DNA from: Mobula hypostoma | Lineage: Eukaryota | Length of the DNA: 64,000 nucleotides | Reading direction: 5' to 3' | NCBI RefSeq assembly: GCF_963921235.1 | Contig: NC_086129.1 | Coordinates: forward strand, 32,860,001-32,924,000 | Shown: positions 61,857 through 64,000 of the stretch, piece after piece | How positions within the stretch are numbered: position 1 is the stretch's first letter | Layout: every line of letters begins with the position of its first letter | Notes under the pieces: model-generated | The model's input: only the letters and a program-made list of their open reading frames with translations | Databases searched by the model: none | What the model was told of the DNA's origin: nothing | Position numbers and translations under genes: made by a program

Positions 61857-62934
61857 TAGCTCTTATATTAGGTTTTAGGGATGCATTCCGAATTGCTTTA
61901 GACGATCACTGTATAAAGAATAAATTATTTGTATTTTATGTATTGTTACAGGCCATTTCTAAGGCCTATTAAGTACAAGATGCCTGATTTCAGAAAGGAA
62001 CTTTTTGCAATAAGCTTACGGTTCAAGAGTAAAAATATACTTGAGTTTCCTGAACTTATGGCATAAAACATCCTCTGCTAAGAACTGACAAGATCTGCCA
62101 ATATCACTTGAATTGTAACCATTTATGGCGTGCATTGATAAGGACTGGCATTTATTCTTGGTCTGAATTTCAATGTGTTTTCAGATATGAATAGTTGTGA
62201 CTAACCATAGTCCTTTTCTTATTACAGGTACATACAAAAGAGGATCAAATCTCATATGTAAAATAATCCTTTAACAACAACACAAGGTCCGTGTCTTTAT
62301 AGCTTTTTATTTCTCCAGAGAATTAATCCAATGTTGCAATAACTTTAATCCCCTGTGATGTTTCTCATGGAAGAGACATCTAACATTGCACAGTTATGAT
62401 TAGAGTAACAGAATTACAGGGATACAAGAATGAATAATTTATTAACTCATTGTTATTCCAACCCATATTCTTACTTGATGCCATTCTCAAACTAGGAACT
62501 CCCAAATAGCTCTCTGTGGTCAAGTGGAACATTGACTCTGCAGCTTAAATGCCAGATCTCATATTCATGGAATACATAAACGTCAGGAGGAAAGATGAAC
62601 TTGTATAACACTTCAATCAGATAACAGGGTATTGACAATGGACTTCACAGTAATGGAGGGATTCTAATACTTTGGATTATCTGAACAGATGCACTACCTA
62701 AACCAAGTTCTTCTAACCCAGTGCACAGCTGCATCGAGTCAAGGTGTATTTACATTAACTCCTTGATCTCTCCAAAGGAGCATTAACCCAACCAGCAGTT
62801 ACATTAAGTCAATACATTTTTCCAGCACAATCTTCCTAATATGAGTTTAAAAGGAAACAGGAAAGTAAAAATAAAGATTTTTAATACAACTGAAATTTGC
62901 ACTTTGACTGGGGTCAATGTAAAAATCGCAGGCC

Positions 62935-63205
62935 AAGCCCCTCCCCCATCCCTTTCTCCTATGGTCCACTCTCCTCTCCTATCAGTTTCCTTTATTTCCA
63001 GCCCTTTACTTTTCCTACCCTCATAGCTTCACCTATCACCTTCCAGTTAGCCTCCTTTCCCCCAACCCCACCTTTTTACTCGGGTGTCTTCCCCCTTCCT
63101 TCTCAGTCCTGAAGAAGGTTCTTGGCCCAAAATATCGACTGTTTATTCATTTCCAGAGGTGCTGCCTGACCTGCTGAGTTCCCTAGCATTTTGTGTGTGT
63201 TGCTG
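62935..63205 (+). mobile_element. Penelope terminal-repeat fragment with degenerate hammerhead
   Basis: CAGTC CTGAAGA aggttcttggccc AAAA TATC GACTG at 63104-63141, then gctgcctgacctgctgagtt. Confidence 0.8.
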
Positions 63206-63864
63206 AGGAAGACTTATATAACCTCTTTTAAATGTTTAAAAATATTCCAGAGTTTATTACAGCTAATAGAATACCTTTGAAATGGAGTCACTACGATGCT
63301 GTAGGAAACATCTTCTTTATCGCAAGCTCTTACAAGCAATAATGTGAAAATACTGACCATAATGTGGAGAATATCTTAAATTCGAACTGTGACATTCCAT
63401 TTCACCCAGATACATACACAACGGCATTCAATCTATAACTTCAGTACTCAAAGGAATATTGTGGTTGCACTAACAAAGATAAAAATAAGGGAATTGTACC
63501 AATGAGACCTTTGTGAGTTAAATTGGTTGAGGTACAGGCAGTCTCTATTATTCAAAACTATACACTGTTGTTCTGCAGGCTTCATTCATTATATTCATGA
63601 ATTAGTCTGCCTTATTATTAAATAATTAACATAAAAAAGTAATAGATGATTTTTGTTGTAAATAATAAAGAACTAAGTCAGTCTGTAAAACCAATAGAAG
63701 CTCAAGGAATATCATATTAGCATTTTAATGAATGGAAGAATGAATGGAGTGGAATATGTGGGTGTAAGGCAGAGACGTGATTTACATACCCAAATTCTAA
63801 TGTACACTCCTCCTATTTACAAATCTTACCATACATATTATAATGACATTTGTTACTTTCCTAA

Positions 63865-64000
63865 TAAGACCATAAGACATAGGAGCAGAATTGGCAATTC
63901 AGCCCATCGAGTCTGCTCCGCCATTTCATCATGGCTGATTTATTATCCCTTTCAACCCCATTTTCCTGCCTTCTCCCCGTAACCTTTAACACCATGACTA
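63865..64000 (-). mobile_element. CR1 3' tail, runs off the window
   Basis: taagaccataagacataggagcagaatt.., same as 12607-12740. Confidence 0.85.

Overview
Eukaryotic, repeat-dominated vertebrate DNA with no confidently identifiable host protein-coding gene. The repeat mix (HE1/V-SINE-like and DeuSINE-like SINEs, many CR1 LINEs, Rex1/Babar, Penelope) points to a cartilaginous fish, probably a ray; this is an inference. The window reads as a large intron or intergenic interval. Contents: many CR1 copies, one with a nearly complete EN+RT ORF2 at 53857-56967; Rex1/Babar copies; an L1 3' end; a full-length but frameshifted 4.35-kb Gypsy element (28647-32995; 288-bp LTRs, GGGT TSD, tRNA-Trp PBS); a solo LTR; a Penelope GIY-YIG element and about ten Penelope terminal-repeat relics carrying a minimal hammerhead-ribozyme motif; RTE-related non-autonomous elements; and Harbinger, Tc1/mariner and hAT MITEs, often deeply nested. 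Most interesting: (i) a 198-bp self-complementary, hammerhead-containing Penelope-derived mini-element with its own 14-bp TSD, plus recurrent tail-to-tail relatives; (ii) a composite DNA element bracketed by 67-bp Tc1-type mini-MITEs, present twice; (iii) an unidentified, strongly GC3-biased coding relic at ~21.55-21.75 kb; (iv) a Harbinger Myb/SANT-like fragment absent from the ORF track. Family names come from motif recognition only; no database searches were run, and boundaries of old repeats are approximate.
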